Below are positions 30,465-39,978 of a stretch of 64,000 nucleotides of DNA, one piece after another (the first letter of the stretch is position 1; each line of letters starts with the position of its first letter). A program made the translations under genes and the position numbers. Source of the DNA: Hufsiella ginkgonis (lineage in GTDB: Bacteria; Bacteroidota; Bacteroidia; Sphingobacteriales; Sphingobacteriaceae); assembly GCF_009834915.1 (NCBI RefSeq), contig NZ_WVHS01000003.1, forward strand, positions 589,988 through 653,987, read 5' to 3'. Under the pieces are notes generated by a model that was not told the DNA's origin, ran no database searches, and saw only the letters and a list, made by a program, of their open reading frames with translations.

Positions 30465-31016
30465 GATCTTTACGCTATGGTGTGCGTATAGCGGGATCCG
30501 GGTAAAACCGCCGGCCTGAAGCTTAAAAACATCGTCGTTTACCGTACATTCACATTCCCCTTCCAGGATCAGGAAGCTTTCGGCGAGCTCATCGTGCACC
30601 TCGTCTTCAAAATCGGTGGATGACACCAGCAGCATTTGCATTACTCCTTTGTTGTTCCGGAGCAGGTTAACGATCCGGCCTTCCTGCTTAAGCACAGGGA
30701 TCCGTCCCTCCAGGTATTTAAGCCAGTCGAGGTAGTTGGAGCGCGCATGTATCAGGGGGAGGTCGTCTAGCGATTGGTGTTTCTGCCGTTCGGCGTCGGC
30801 AATGGCCTCCATGATCCGGAATTTTAGCTGCGGATCGGGTAAAATGGCGTTTTGCTGCGCATAATTTTCGAGGGTGACCTGTATACGGTTTAGTTCCCGT
30901 TTGATAGCAGGATAGCGGGCACAGGCCAGCTCCACTTCGGCGCACTCCTTTTCTGTGAGCATGCCGAGGCAGTAACTTTCGAGTATCCCGCTATCGATAT
31001 ATTCCTGGATGGTCAC
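30420..31016 (-). CDS. ChrR-like protein: N-terminal anti-sigma-factor-like domain plus C-terminal cupin
   Basis: MTIQEYIDSGILESYCLGMLTEKECAEVELAC aligns in pattern with the ChrR N-terminus (MTIRHHVSDALLTAYAAGTLSE...), but the Zn-ligand His/Cys set is incomplete. The C-terminal beta-rich region looks cupin-like. Located 5 bp downstream of the flotillin gene. Confidence 0.55.
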   Translation of the reverse strand: MTIQEYIDSGILESYCLGMLTEKECAEVELACARYPAIKRELNRIQVTLENYAQQNAILPDPQLKFRIMEAIADAERQKHQSLDDLPLIHARSNYLDWLKYLEGRIPVLKQEGRIVNLLRNNKGVMQMLLVSSTDFEDEVHDELAESFLILEGECECTVNDDVFKLQAGGFTRIPLYAHHSVKILSPYVVAVLQRVSL

Positions 31017-31021
31017 CGCGT

Positions 31022-32980
31022 TTAGTTATCCTTTTCCTTGTCGTTGGTCTTGTCGCTGCCCGGATTTAGTTTCAAAGGTAACTCCTTTTTACCTGTGTCG
31101 AGCATTTCCATTAATTTAAGTCCGAGTAAACCGCTGATCGGGCCGTCGCTGCCGTTCCTGCCGGCGATGAGCACATCAGGAATGATCTTCACCTGGCCTT
31201 TACCGAGCTCTTCGGTGATCTTAAATTTCGTGAAGTTATCGCCGCCCATGGCTTTTACCTGCAGTTCATACGACTCTGCCGTCGATTTACCGATTGCCAT
31301 GATCTTTTCCGCTTCCGCGAGACCGGTTCTCGAGATCCTTTCGGCATCCGCCGAGGCGTTGAATTTGGTAGCTTCGGCCTGTGCGGCAGCCCTTAAGCGT
31401 ACCGACTCAGACTCGGCGCTTGCCCGCAGCTTGGTGGCCTCCGCTTCGGCGGTTACCTGCAGCTTTAAGCTGGTAGCTTCGCCTTCCGATTTCTTCACTG
31501 CGGCATCCGCTGCACGCTGGGCGATCTCTACGCTTTGCTGCGCCTTTACGATCTCTTTCTGCATATCGGCGATGGCGGTTTCCTTTTCCACGCCCTGGCG
31601 TTTCTCCTGCGCCATGCGCTGGTTATCATAGGTTTTTTCCTCCTCCTGGGCGATCTTACGATCGGTGAGCGTTTTCATCAGCGCTTCCGGCGGAACGATA
31701 TCGCCGATCAGCGTGTCTACTGCGATCACGTTGTATTCGTCGAGCACCAGCTTGATGTGTTCTTTGGCCGAGTGCTGGCGCTCTTTACGCGTGGTGAGGA
31801 AAGAGATCACGTCACTGTCTTGCGCCGAGTTGCGGAAATAGTTACCGATGGTGGGTTCGAGCACCTGCGAAACCAGGTTGTTCATGCTGCCAAAACGGGC
31901 GATCACTTTCGGGGCCTCCTTAGCGGGAATGTGGATGATCTGTGCCACGTCGAGATTAAAAGGGAAGCCATCGCGGGAGCGTACGGTAATGGTCGAAAGG
32001 TTCTTGTCGAGCGCATGCGACTCGCTGCGGGCGTTGGCCCAGTTAAGCACCAGGTTGGTGGTGGGTACCGACTCCACGTTCATCGTGTACGTATTGATCG
32101 GGTATTTGCCCGGGCCGAGCGGCTCCATCCATACCCCGCGGAAGCCTTTGGAAACGATGTTGCCATGTTTAAAGCTTTCGCCGGTAACATCGAGGCCGTC
32201 TTCGCCGATGTAAGAGATCACTACGCCGACATGCCCGATGGGTACGTGGGTCATGGGGATCTCTTCGATCTGTACCGCCCATTTATTGATATTGTAGGAA
32301 CCTGCCAGCACGATCTGCGGCTGTAAGCCGCGATTACCCCCGCTGGCCAGGAAGCCATCGATATCCTGGAAGTTATTGTGACCTTCTATGTTCTTGCCGG
32401 CGATCTGCCCGGGAGTGACGGGCATCCCGTCGAGGGTGGTAACGATGCCCACCATGTTTTCGCGGATGGTGGTCATATCGATCACCGAAATATCAAAAGC
32501 AAAAGTATTGATGCGGTAAGTTCCCGCGGTGATAATGGATGTCTGCCGGCCCTTTTGCCCATTATTGAGCAGGAATTTCTCGGTATCCTGGAAGTTGTCG
32601 CAATCTACTTTGCGGCCGAGGATGCGGCCGGTAGGGATCTCCGCACCGTCTTTAGCGAGGACCAGGCCGACCTGGCCCTGCGGGATCACCGTAAAAGGCT
32701 GCAGCTCCACACCGAATTGCCAGGGCCACATCATCCAGTAAAGCCCGGGAGCCAGCGTTTTGGCCTGGAAACCGGCTTCGCCTTTAGAGGCGATGATCCG
32801 CCCGTCGGGAAGCTCCCTGTTTTCGCCGAAGAGCACGAATTTTTTGGTGACGAGCCCGATCCGGTCTTCGGGCACGATGACCATTCCGAAGAACAGCCTG
32901 AGGATTGTTTTGTAAAAGACTACGCATAAGATGGGTATAACCACCCACCAGTAAGCAGCGATTGATTGTCCGAGTTCCAT
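31022..32980 (-). CDS. Flotillin-family SPFH protein (YqiK-like)
   Basis: N-terminal TM, duplicated SPFH-like domains, C-terminal Ala/Glu-rich coiled coil (AEAEATKLRASAESESVRLRAAAQAEATKF). Confidence 0.85.
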   Translation of the reverse strand: MELGQSIAAYWWVVIPILCVVFYKTILRLFFGMVIVPEDRIGLVTKKFVLFGENRELPDGRIIASKGEAGFQAKTLAPGLYWMMWPWQFGVELQPFTVIPQGQVGLVLAKDGAEIPTGRILGRKVDCDNFQDTEKFLLNNGQKGRQTSIITAGTYRINTFAFDISVIDMTTIRENMVGIVTTLDGMPVTPGQIAGKNIEGHNNFQDIDGFLASGGNRGLQPQIVLAGSYNINKWAVQIEEIPMTHVPIGHVGVVISYIGEDGLDVTGESFKHGNIVSKGFRGVWMEPLGPGKYPINTYTMNVESVPTTNLVLNWANARSESHALDKNLSTITVRSRDGFPFNLDVAQIIHIPAKEAPKVIARFGSMNNLVSQVLEPTIGNYFRNSAQDSDVISFLTTRKERQHSAKEHIKLVLDEYNVIAVDTLIGDIVPPEALMKTLTDRKIAQEEEKTYDNQRMAQEKRQGVEKETAIADMQKEIVKAQQSVEIAQRAADAAVKKSEGEATSLKLQVTAEAEATKLRASAESESVRLRAAAQAEATKFNASADAERISRTGLAEAEKIMAIGKSTAESYELQVKAMGGDNFTKFKITEELGKGQVKIIPDVLIAGRNGSDGPISGLLGLKLMEMLDTGKKELPLKLNPGSDKTNDKEKDN

Positions 32981-33120
32981 AACAAATTTTAAGTTTTAGG
33001 TGGAATAAAGGTATATTATTCCATGGATAATCATTCGAGCGTTAAAAGCCCTAAATGTTACTGCGCATGTCGGCGAGAATTCTAATTTTGCTTCGCGGGG
33101 TCACCGCATAACAGAAATTT

Positions 33121-34260
33121 ATGAAATTCGCAACGAAAGCAATCCACGCCGGACAAGAACCGGACCCCACCACCGGCGCCGTGATGACGCCGATCTACCA
33201 GACCTCTACCTACTGGCAGAAATCGCCGGGCGAGCACAAGGGGTACGAGTACTCCCGTGGCACCAATCCCACGCGTACGGCGCTGGAGGGATGCCTCGCG
33301 GCTTTGGAGAACGCCAGGTATGGCCTTGCATTTTCGAGCGGAATGGGCGCCACCGATGCGGTAATGAAGCTGCTCCGGCCCGGCGACGAGGTGATCACGG
33401 GCGACGACCTGTATGGCGGCTCGTACCGGATGTTTACGAAGATTTTTGCCAATTATGGCATTAAGTTCCATTTCATTAACCTCAGCGACCCGGAAACGAT
33501 CCGCCAATATATCAACGGGAACACCAAACAGGTATGGATAGAAACACCTACCAATCCTACCATGCAGATCGTGGATATCGAACACATCGCCCGGATCGCC
33601 AAAGAACACGGCCTGTTGTTAACGGTCGATAATACGTTTGCTTCACCTTACCTGCAGAACCCCATCGACCTTGGCGCCGACATCGTGATGCACTCTGTGA
33701 CGAAGTACCTGGGCGGGCACTCTGATGTAGTGATGGGCGCGCTGATGCTGAACGACGAGGAGCTGTATGCGAAATTGCGGTTCATTTATAATGCCTGCGG
33801 CGCCACCCCGGGCCCTATGGACAGCTTCCTGGTGCTGCGCGGTATAAAAACCCTGCACCTCCGCATGAAGGCCCATTGCGATAACGGCCGCAAGATCGCC
33901 GGCTTCCTCAAAGGACACCCAAAGGTAGGCAAGTTGTACTGGCCGGGATTTGAAGATCATCCCAATCACGCCGTCGCGAAAAGGCAGATGCGCGATTTCG
34001 GCGGCATGATCTCCTTTACGCTGAAAGATGCTGCGCTGGAAGATACTTTTGCCGTAGCCTCTAAATTCCGCGTGTTTTCGCTGGCAGAATCGCTGGGCGG
34101 CGTGGAATCATTGGTAAACCACCCGGTGACCATGACGCATGCCTCGATCCCGAAAGAGGTCCGGGAAAAAGCAGGAGTAGCAGATAACCTGCTGCGGCTG
34201 AGCGTAGGAGTGGAGGATATCGAGGACCTTTTAGCGGACCTGGAAGCGGCTTTGGGATAG
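33121..34260 (+). CDS. Cys/Met-metabolism PLP-dependent enzyme (cystathionine gamma-synthase / gamma-lyase / beta-lyase family)
   Basis: MKFATKAIHAGQEPDPTTGAVMTPIYQTSTY...; PLP-lysine region SVTKYLGGHSD. Confidence 0.9.
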   Translation: MKFATKAIHAGQEPDPTTGAVMTPIYQTSTYWQKSPGEHKGYEYSRGTNPTRTALEGCLAALENARYGLAFSSGMGATDAVMKLLRPGDEVITGDDLYGGSYRMFTKIFANYGIKFHFINLSDPETIRQYINGNTKQVWIETPTNPTMQIVDIEHIARIAKEHGLLLTVDNTFASPYLQNPIDLGADIVMHSVTKYLGGHSDVVMGALMLNDEELYAKLRFIYNACGATPGPMDSFLVLRGIKTLHLRMKAHCDNGRKIAGFLKGHPKVGKLYWPGFEDHPNHAVAKRQMRDFGGMISFTLKDAALEDTFAVASKFRVFSLAESLGGVESLVNHPVTMTHASIPKEVREKAGVADNLLRLSVGVEDIEDLLADLEAALG

Positions 34261-34311
34261 ACGTATAACGTTATGCGTTTGGCGTTATACGTGTAGAAGG
34301 TAAACACAAGA

Positions 34312-35271
34312 ATGAAGTTAAATCAAGTTAATATCCCCGAACCCGCGTCAAACGCCGAACGTCAAACGTCCAACCAAGAAAGTCTCAGGCTTTTACTCGA
34401 CTCCAAGGTCGCCCGGTACAATCAGCCCGGCTTTATCGAAAACGACCCGATCGTAATCCCGCATAGTTTTACGCAAAAGCAGGATATCGAAATTATGGGT
34501 TTCTTTACGGCGATCCTGGCCTGGGGGCAGCGGAAAACCATCATTAATAAATGCCGGGAACTGGTGGCGAGAATGGACGGGCAGCCGTACTTATTTATAA
34601 CCGGGCACCAGGAAAGCGACCTGAAGGCCCTGCCCGGGTTTAAACACCGCACGTTTAACGATACCGACCTGCTTTATTTCATCCACTTTTTCAGGAATCA
34701 TTACCAGGAGTTCGATTCCCTGGAAGATGCTTTTTTGCCGGGGACGGGCCCCCTGCGCTCGTTCCGGGATGTGTTTATGGACCAGGGTCTACCTGAAAGC
34801 ACCATGCTGACGGCTTCCGGGACCTGTGATACAGGCGAAATAGCCGTTGCCGCTAAGCTGACCGTTGAAGCGGCGCTAAACCATTTTCGCAGCTACTTTT
34901 TTAGCCTTCCTGATTTTCCGCGGCGAACGATGAAACATATCAGCTCTCCATTGCAGGGATCGACCTGTAAACGCCTGAACATGTTCCTGAGGTGGATGGT
35001 GAGAAAGGACGGTAATGGGGTTGATTTCGGCATCTGGGACCGCATCAGCCCGGCGGCACTGATCTGCCCGTGCGATCTGCATGTAGACCGTGTGGCCCGG
35101 GAACTGGGCCTGATTAGCCGCAAGCAGACTGACTGGCAAACAGCAGTCGAATTAACGGAACGTTTGCGCGCGTTTGATCCCGATGACCCGGTTAAATATG
35201 ATTTTGCGCTTTTTGGAATGGGTATTGAAGAAGGATATGGCAAAACCACGATATTGCGCCCGCTTACATGA
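34312..35271 (+). CDS. TIGR02757/DUF2400 family protein
   Basis: Conserved ...GFFTAILAWGQRKTIINKCRELV... region as I recall it for TIGR02757; function unknown. Confidence 0.6.
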   Translation: MKLNQVNIPEPASNAERQTSNQESLRLLLDSKVARYNQPGFIENDPIVIPHSFTQKQDIEIMGFFTAILAWGQRKTIINKCRELVARMDGQPYLFITGHQESDLKALPGFKHRTFNDTDLLYFIHFFRNHYQEFDSLEDAFLPGTGPLRSFRDVFMDQGLPESTMLTASGTCDTGEIAVAAKLTVEAALNHFRSYFFSLPDFPRRTMKHISSPLQGSTCKRLNMFLRWMVRKDGNGVDFGIWDRISPAALICPCDLHVDRVARELGLISRKQTDWQTAVELTERLRAFDPDDPVKYDFALFGMGIEEGYGKTTILRPLT

Positions 35272-36167
35272 GACATTTCTTTTACCTGACACTATTTTTG
35301 CTGGCGCTTTCTGCCTGCAGCGAGAAAAAGCCAAGACCCGACTTCGACGTCGTTACGGGCATAAAATTCACAGAAGTGAGACGGGCGTACGATACCGGTT
35401 CCTCCTTCGGGGTACAGGGATTCCAACAGAAACCCGAGTGGGTGCTGTACTTCTTGCCCCACGATTCGGTGAAGATCTATAGCCCTAAACGCCGCCGCTA
35501 CATCTATTACCCGATGTACTATGACCACGATTCGGTATTTAATTTCGCCAGGGAATGGTTTAGGATCAAGCTGCTGGCAAAAGACAGCATGATATTACAG
35601 TTGCTCCAGGTAAATGGCGCGCGGGAGATCGTGGCCGAACAGTCTAACGTCTACATGAAGTTTTACTCCGATAATTACCTTAAAAATGTGATCCATGCCG
35701 ACCCGGAACAATTGAAATTGCCCAATCATTTCGATACGCTTTACATCCGGGAGAAGTCCGGCCGGGCGAACAGGAACCCCACGAACGCCGACAGCGCTTT
35801 TTCGGCAAGAAGCCCGGTATCATTCGTAAGCCGCTCGGCCTCGGTTAAGGTAACCAAGGTCCCGGCCACGCTGGACGTTTTCCAGAATCCCACAGAGTCG
35901 GACGAGTACATGTACCCGGCCTTTGATGTCAGGATCGCGGAAGCGTATAAAGATTTTTACTACTCCTTTACTGCACTGATCAGTGAAAAAGGAAAGATCC
36001 ATGTGCTTACTTCCTTACAATTAGCTGAAGACATGGAAGCGAGGAAGAAAACCATCCAGGCGGTGGCGGACCTGTATCTGGCCAGGTACCTGCAGGTGGT
36101 CCCGGGAAGTACGCTCGGGATCAGGCATACGAGTAAGGTAACGATCAACGTAGAAGGGAAGCGGTAA
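35268..36167 (+). CDS. Hypothetical lipoprotein
   Basis: Lipobox FLLALSACSEKK; 4-bp overlap with the upstream gene; no recognisable family. Confidence 0.6.
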   Translation: MRHFFYLTLFLLALSACSEKKPRPDFDVVTGIKFTEVRRAYDTGSSFGVQGFQQKPEWVLYFLPHDSVKIYSPKRRRYIYYPMYYDHDSVFNFAREWFRIKLLAKDSMILQLLQVNGAREIVAEQSNVYMKFYSDNYLKNVIHADPEQLKLPNHFDTLYIREKSGRANRNPTNADSAFSARSPVSFVSRSASVKVTKVPATLDVFQNPTESDEYMYPAFDVRIAEAYKDFYYSFTALISEKGKIHVLTSLQLAEDMEARKKTIQAVADLYLARYLQVVPGSTLGIRHTSKVTINVEGKR

Positions 36168-36181
36168 AATCCTACCTTTGC

Positions 36182-37558
36182 GTGATGACCGACTCCTCCG
36201 AAACTATCGTGGCCCTTGCTACTGCCCCAGGCGTTGGCGCCATCGCTGTGATCCGCCTTTCCGGGCCGGATGCGCTGAAGATCGCCAACCGCGTATTTAA
36301 GGGCAAGGACCTGGAGCTGATGCCTACGCATACCATCCATTTCGGTACGGTCCGCGATGGTGAGACGATCCTGGATGAGGTATTGGCGTCGCTTTTTATT
36401 GCCCCGCATTCGTATACCAAAGAGCATGTGGTGGAGCTCTCTACCCATGGTTCCCCTTATATCGTCGAGCAGATCATTCATTTACTGATCAGGAACGGCG
36501 CACGTGCAGCCAGACCCGGTGAGTTTACCCTGCGTGCTTTCCTCAATGGCGGGCTGGACCTCTCGCAAGCCGAGGCGGTGGCCGATCTGATCTCCTCCGA
36601 TTCCCGGGCCTCGCACCAGGTGGCCATGCAGCAGATGCGCGGCCGATTCTCCAGTCAGCTGCAGGAGCTTCGTACGCAGCTGATCCACTTTGCCTCGCTG
36701 ATAGAGCTCGAGCTCGACTTTTCGGAAGAGGACGTAGAATTTGCTAACCGCGACGCGCTGAATAGCCTGATCGTCCGGATCACCACCGTGCTGGCTGAAC
36801 TGATCCACTCGTTTGAACTTGGCAACGTGATCAAACAAGGGATCAATACCGTAATCGCCGGTCGGCCGAATGCCGGGAAGTCGACCTTGCTGAATACGCT
36901 GCTGAACGAGGACCGTGCCATTATTAGCGAAATTGCCGGTACTACCCGCGATACCATTGAGGAGGTGCTGAACATCAACGGCGTAAATTTCCGCCTCATC
37001 GATACCGCAGGCATCCGCGAGGCGACTGATACCATCGAGGCGATCGGGGTGGAAAAAACGATGCAGAAGATCAGCCAGACGTCGGTACTTATTTACTTGT
37101 TCGATGTGCTGGGCCTCTCCGCATCAGAGATTATGGAAGATGTAACCCGTTTGTACCGGCCCGGGATCCCATTTATCGCGGTGGCCAACAAGATCGATCT
37201 CTCGGTAAACAACCGCTTCCGGGAGATTAAGCTGCCCGCCGATGTGAAGGTCATCGCAGTTTCGGCACGCGAAAAACAACATACCGACGAGCTAAAGCAA
37301 CTGCTGTACGATGCCGTAACGGAAGGTAAGCTGAACACCGGCCAAACGATGGTCACCAATATCCGCCATGTAGAAGCACTGCGCCGCGCCCACCATTCCC
37401 TGCAATCCGTTTCGGCGGGCCTGCACCACCCCGTCACTTCCGATTTTTTGGCGATGGACATCCGGCAGGCGCTGTATTACCTGGGGGAGATCACCGGGCA
37501 GGTGACTACGGATGATCTGCTGGAAAATATATTTTCGAAGTTTTGTATCGGGAAATAA
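36182..37558 (+). CDS. mnmE: tRNA uridine-5-carboxymethylaminomethyl modification GTPase MnmE
   Basis: TIVALATAPGVGAIAVIRLSG N-terminal domain; G-domain motifs (GRPNAGKSTLLN, DTAG); C-terminal CIGK. A TAccTTTG -7-like box sits just upstream. Confidence 0.95.
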   Translation: MMTDSSETIVALATAPGVGAIAVIRLSGPDALKIANRVFKGKDLELMPTHTIHFGTVRDGETILDEVLASLFIAPHSYTKEHVVELSTHGSPYIVEQIIHLLIRNGARAARPGEFTLRAFLNGGLDLSQAEAVADLISSDSRASHQVAMQQMRGRFSSQLQELRTQLIHFASLIELELDFSEEDVEFANRDALNSLIVRITTVLAELIHSFELGNVIKQGINTVIAGRPNAGKSTLLNTLLNEDRAIISEIAGTTRDTIEEVLNINGVNFRLIDTAGIREATDTIEAIGVEKTMQKISQTSVLIYLFDVLGLSASEIMEDVTRLYRPGIPFIAVANKIDLSVNNRFREIKLPADVKVIAVSAREKQHTDELKQLLYDAVTEGKLNTGQTMVTNIRHVEALRRAHHSLQSVSAGLHHPVTSDFLAMDIRQALYYLGEITGQVTTDDLLENIFSKFCIGK

Positions 37559-37764
37559 TCTGCCAAAATGCCATCGGCGCCTTATCCCGGCTATGTCAAC
37601 GCTACCGAGGGTTTGATTGGGGATCATTCGCTGTGCGAAGAAGATAGTTTAACCGCAGTCGCATCGTCTATGATACGGTTCCGTCATCACGGCGAGCGGA
37701 CGACGTGGTCGTTCACTAGGGAGAGACCGGTACGTTTATTATTGACACTGGCTCCTTGTAACTC

Positions 37765-38072
37765 CTGGTTCAGGTCAATTATAGTAAGCGCAGTAGTGGT
37801 CACAGGTAGTTAGTTTATCTACAAAGCGATTATTGGCCTCGTTGTACCGTTCGCCGGTATCGGGGTATTTCTGCAGGATCTCTTCGATCGCCTGGAGGTC
37901 GTATGCAGATAATTCCACGTCAACGCACCCTACGTTGTCAATAGATATTTCCTTCTTTTGGACGGACTCTTTATCGTTCGCCTGCCATAAGCGTGGTTCA
38001 CGCTATACAACCCAAACCGATGGCGGATAATTCCACGCCTGTGTTCCCTAATTTCCTGTAGATCAATCACAT
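37765..38072 (-). pseudogene. Aldo/keto reductase remnant (N-terminal about 20 aa and C-terminal about 60 aa retained; roughly 250-aa core deleted; premature stops)
   Basis: Reverse-strand translation gives ..YRKLGNTGVELSAIGLGCIA* (AKR N-terminal signature), then in another frame ...EISIDNVGCVDVELSAYDLQAIEEILQKYPDTGERYNEANNRFVDKL... (AKR C-terminus, compare LEENVGALEV.LSAEDL..I.EI...GERYNEA). The ATG is followed immediately by TGA. Confidence 0.6.
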
Positions 38073-38126
38073 GGCGCTCTTCTTTTATCGCAGTCCACTA
38101 TTTCCTGCACTTCCGGTTTTAATGCA

Positions 38127-38477
38127 CTACTCCTGTCCTGTGATCTTTTTCCGGTGATGTTGTCCCCAGCGGACCATCGCATCGATCACTTCCTTAAGCG
38201 TGCCGGCATATTCCGTTGCCGCGTACTCTACGGTAACCGGTTTGGTGTCGCAGACCTTGCGGCTGACTAGCTGGTTTATTTCAAGCTCATGCAGTTCCTT
38301 TGAAAGGATCCTCGGCGAGATTCCCGACTCCCTGGAAAGCTCGCCAAAACGTCTGATCCCGCCGTTCACCAGGATCGAAAGGATAACCAGCTTCCATTTC
38401 CCGTTAACTACGTATAATGTATCCTGTATGGCGGAATGAACGTTATCGCACGCTACATCCGATGATTCTCTCGTCAT
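38127..38477 (-). CDS. HxlR-family transcriptional regulator
   Basis: CDNVHSAIQDTLYVVNGKWKLVILSILVNGGIRRFGELSRESGISPRILSKELHELEINQLV is an HxlR-type winged helix. Confidence 0.85.
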   Translation of the reverse strand: MTRESSDVACDNVHSAIQDTLYVVNGKWKLVILSILVNGGIRRFGELSRESGISPRILSKELHELEINQLVSRKVCDTKPVTVEYAATEYAGTLKEVIDAMVRWGQHHRKKITGQE

Positions 38478-38487
38478 ACTATCCTCT

Positions 38488-38520
38488 TTGTAACTAGTTA
38501 CCTTTTGGTAATTGGTTACA
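38488..38520. promoter_or_regulatory. Clustered palindromes (gtaactagttac; ttacc-tttt-ggtaa; ggtaattggttac) in the hxlR / SDR divergent intergenic region - candidate HxlR operator
   Basis: Read directly: tttGTAACtaGTTACcttttGGTAAttGGTTACaaatat, in the 94-bp region between the divergent genes. Confidence 0.35.
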
Positions 38521-38571
38521 AATATACCGTACTTATAAGCAACATTTGTATCCTATTAATCACATTTCAAT

Positions 38572-39315
38572 ATGGAAAAGTTCATCGATAAAGTAGTGGT
38601 CATCACCGGCGGCAACAGCGGGATCGGTTATGCTACCGCGAAAGAATTTAAAAGGCAAGGCGCTACGGTGTTTATTACCGGTAAAAGAGCGGATGCCCTG
38701 GCAAAAGCGTCCATGGAGCTTGGTGTAAGGGGCATACTGGCCGATCAGTCAGACTTACAGCAAATTGCGGGTTTGGTAAAGGAAGTGGAAGAGGCTGCAG
38801 AGAAAGTCGACGTTTTGTTCATCAATGCGGGCGTTGCTTTCTTCGCGCCGATCGGGGACACTTCAGAGAAGCAGTTCGATGCTATGACCGACGTGAATTT
38901 CAAGGGAAGCTTTTTTACCCTGCAAAAGTTTCTTCCCCGGCTTAATGACGGGGCTTCGGTCATCTTTCTCACGTCGGGCAATACCGCGCTGGCAATGGAG
39001 AACAGCGCTGTCTATTCCGCGGGCAAATCGGCCGTCGCTCACTTGGCTAGAATCGCCGCAAAAGAGCTTGCCCGGCGCAAAATCAGGGTGAATGCGGTGA
39101 GTCCCGGTCCGACAGAAACGGAGATGCAGGGAAAGTTCGGGATGGACGAGGCTACTTTGGCAGGGATGAAGGCACACATTATCAGCCATGTGCCCTTGGC
39201 TAAAATGGGGACTCCTGACGATGTGGCAAAAATGGTCGTTTATCTGTCTGATCAGACCGTGTCCTCTTTCATTACCGGTGCGGAATTTTTTGTAGACGGT
39301 GGTATGGCTTTATAA
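38572..39315 (+). CDS. SDR-family oxidoreductase (short-chain dehydrogenase)
   Basis: TGGNSGIG Rossmann motif; catalytic YSAGK. Confidence 0.9.
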   Translation: MEKFIDKVVVITGGNSGIGYATAKEFKRQGATVFITGKRADALAKASMELGVRGILADQSDLQQIAGLVKEVEEAAEKVDVLFINAGVAFFAPIGDTSEKQFDAMTDVNFKGSFFTLQKFLPRLNDGASVIFLTSGNTALAMENSAVYSAGKSAVAHLARIAAKELARRKIRVNAVSPGPTETEMQGKFGMDEATLAGMKAHIISHVPLAKMGTPDDVAKMVVYLSDQTVSSFITGAEFFVDGGMAL

Positions 39316-39332
39316 ACGCTAAGATTCTCAAT

Positions 39333-39722
39333 ATGACATCAAAAACAAAGAATATCCTTGGATGGGTATTAAGCGGGCTGGCAGCACTGCTGCTGGCCGC
39401 ATCGGCAACCGATAAAATTTCCGGGAGCAGCCACGCGCTGCAAATCGCGTCCCTGATCAGCTTGACCGGCGGTACGTACAGGGTGCTGGGAATTATCGAA
39501 TTGTTGTCCGTTATTTTATTCCTGTATCCCCGGACCGGGATCCTAGGTACATTGCTGCTCTCATCGTACTTAGGCGGCGCGATCGCCACGCATCTACAGC
39601 ACCAGCAGGACGTTTTGTTCCCCGCGGCTTTTGAAGCGGTGATATGGATCGCCGCCGTGATCCGTTTTCCCGAGCTGACGCGACGAATAAAGTCGATCGG
39701 TACCCCAGGGACGTTTCTTTAG
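39333..39722 (+). CDS. DoxX-like family membrane protein
   Basis: 129 aa, four TM helices, DoxX_2-like pattern; follows the SDR gene as in many HxlR-controlled loci. Confidence 0.65.
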   Translation: MTSKTKNILGWVLSGLAALLLAASATDKISGSSHALQIASLISLTGGTYRVLGIIELLSVILFLYPRTGILGTLLLSSYLGGAIATHLQHQQDVLFPAAFEAVIWIAAVIRFPELTRRIKSIGTPGTFL

Positions 39723-39945
39723 GCACCTGATGTTCGCGCATACCGTTTTTAGCACAACGTTTAACTTGTGTCTCAGCCAATTAGAAAAGAGATAGGTTCG
39801 GTGAAGTATATCAACCAGGTCAGGAATGTCAGCTTTAAAAGAAGCGATATTTAATACGATTTATGTGATATAATGAGCAATACCCAACGCTCTTAACAAT
39901 AAAACGAGAGAGATAGAACAGTATCATTTCCATGATGCTTTAAAT

Positions 39946-39978
39946 CCGACAAAACAGGAATAATCCTGCTTTTGTCGG
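39946..39978. terminator. Stem-loop (ccgacaaaacagga / tcctgcttttgtcgg, 14-bp stem with one bulge) between convergent doxX-like and Mn-catalase genes
   Basis: Read directly; 4-nt loop ATAA; weak T-run on the minus strand afterwards (ATTTAAAG). Confidence 0.4.

Noticed and set aside
31535-32326. 263-aa plus-strand ORF antisense to the flotillin gene (plus other antisense ORFs 31038..31631, 31848..32213, 32378..32929)
   Set aside because: It lies entirely within the flotillin CDS on the opposite strand and the translation is low-complexity. Flotillin homology on the minus strand is unambiguous.
32981-33120. Possible SAM riboswitch upstream of the Cys/Met PLP enzyme gene
   Set aside because: The 140-bp leader lacks the conserved SAM-I/SAM-II motifs that I can recognise by eye. 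A covariance-model search would be needed to exclude it.
33082-33609. 175-aa minus-strand ORF overlapping the start of the Cys/Met PLP enzyme gene
   Set aside because: It overlaps the strongly supported metC-like N-terminus (MKFATKAIHAGQ...) and the translation is Arg/Gly-rich filler.
37568-37813. 81-aa plus-strand ORF downstream of mnmE
   Set aside because: It lies in the decayed AKR region. The opposite strand carries recognisable AKR fragments, and this ORF shows no features.
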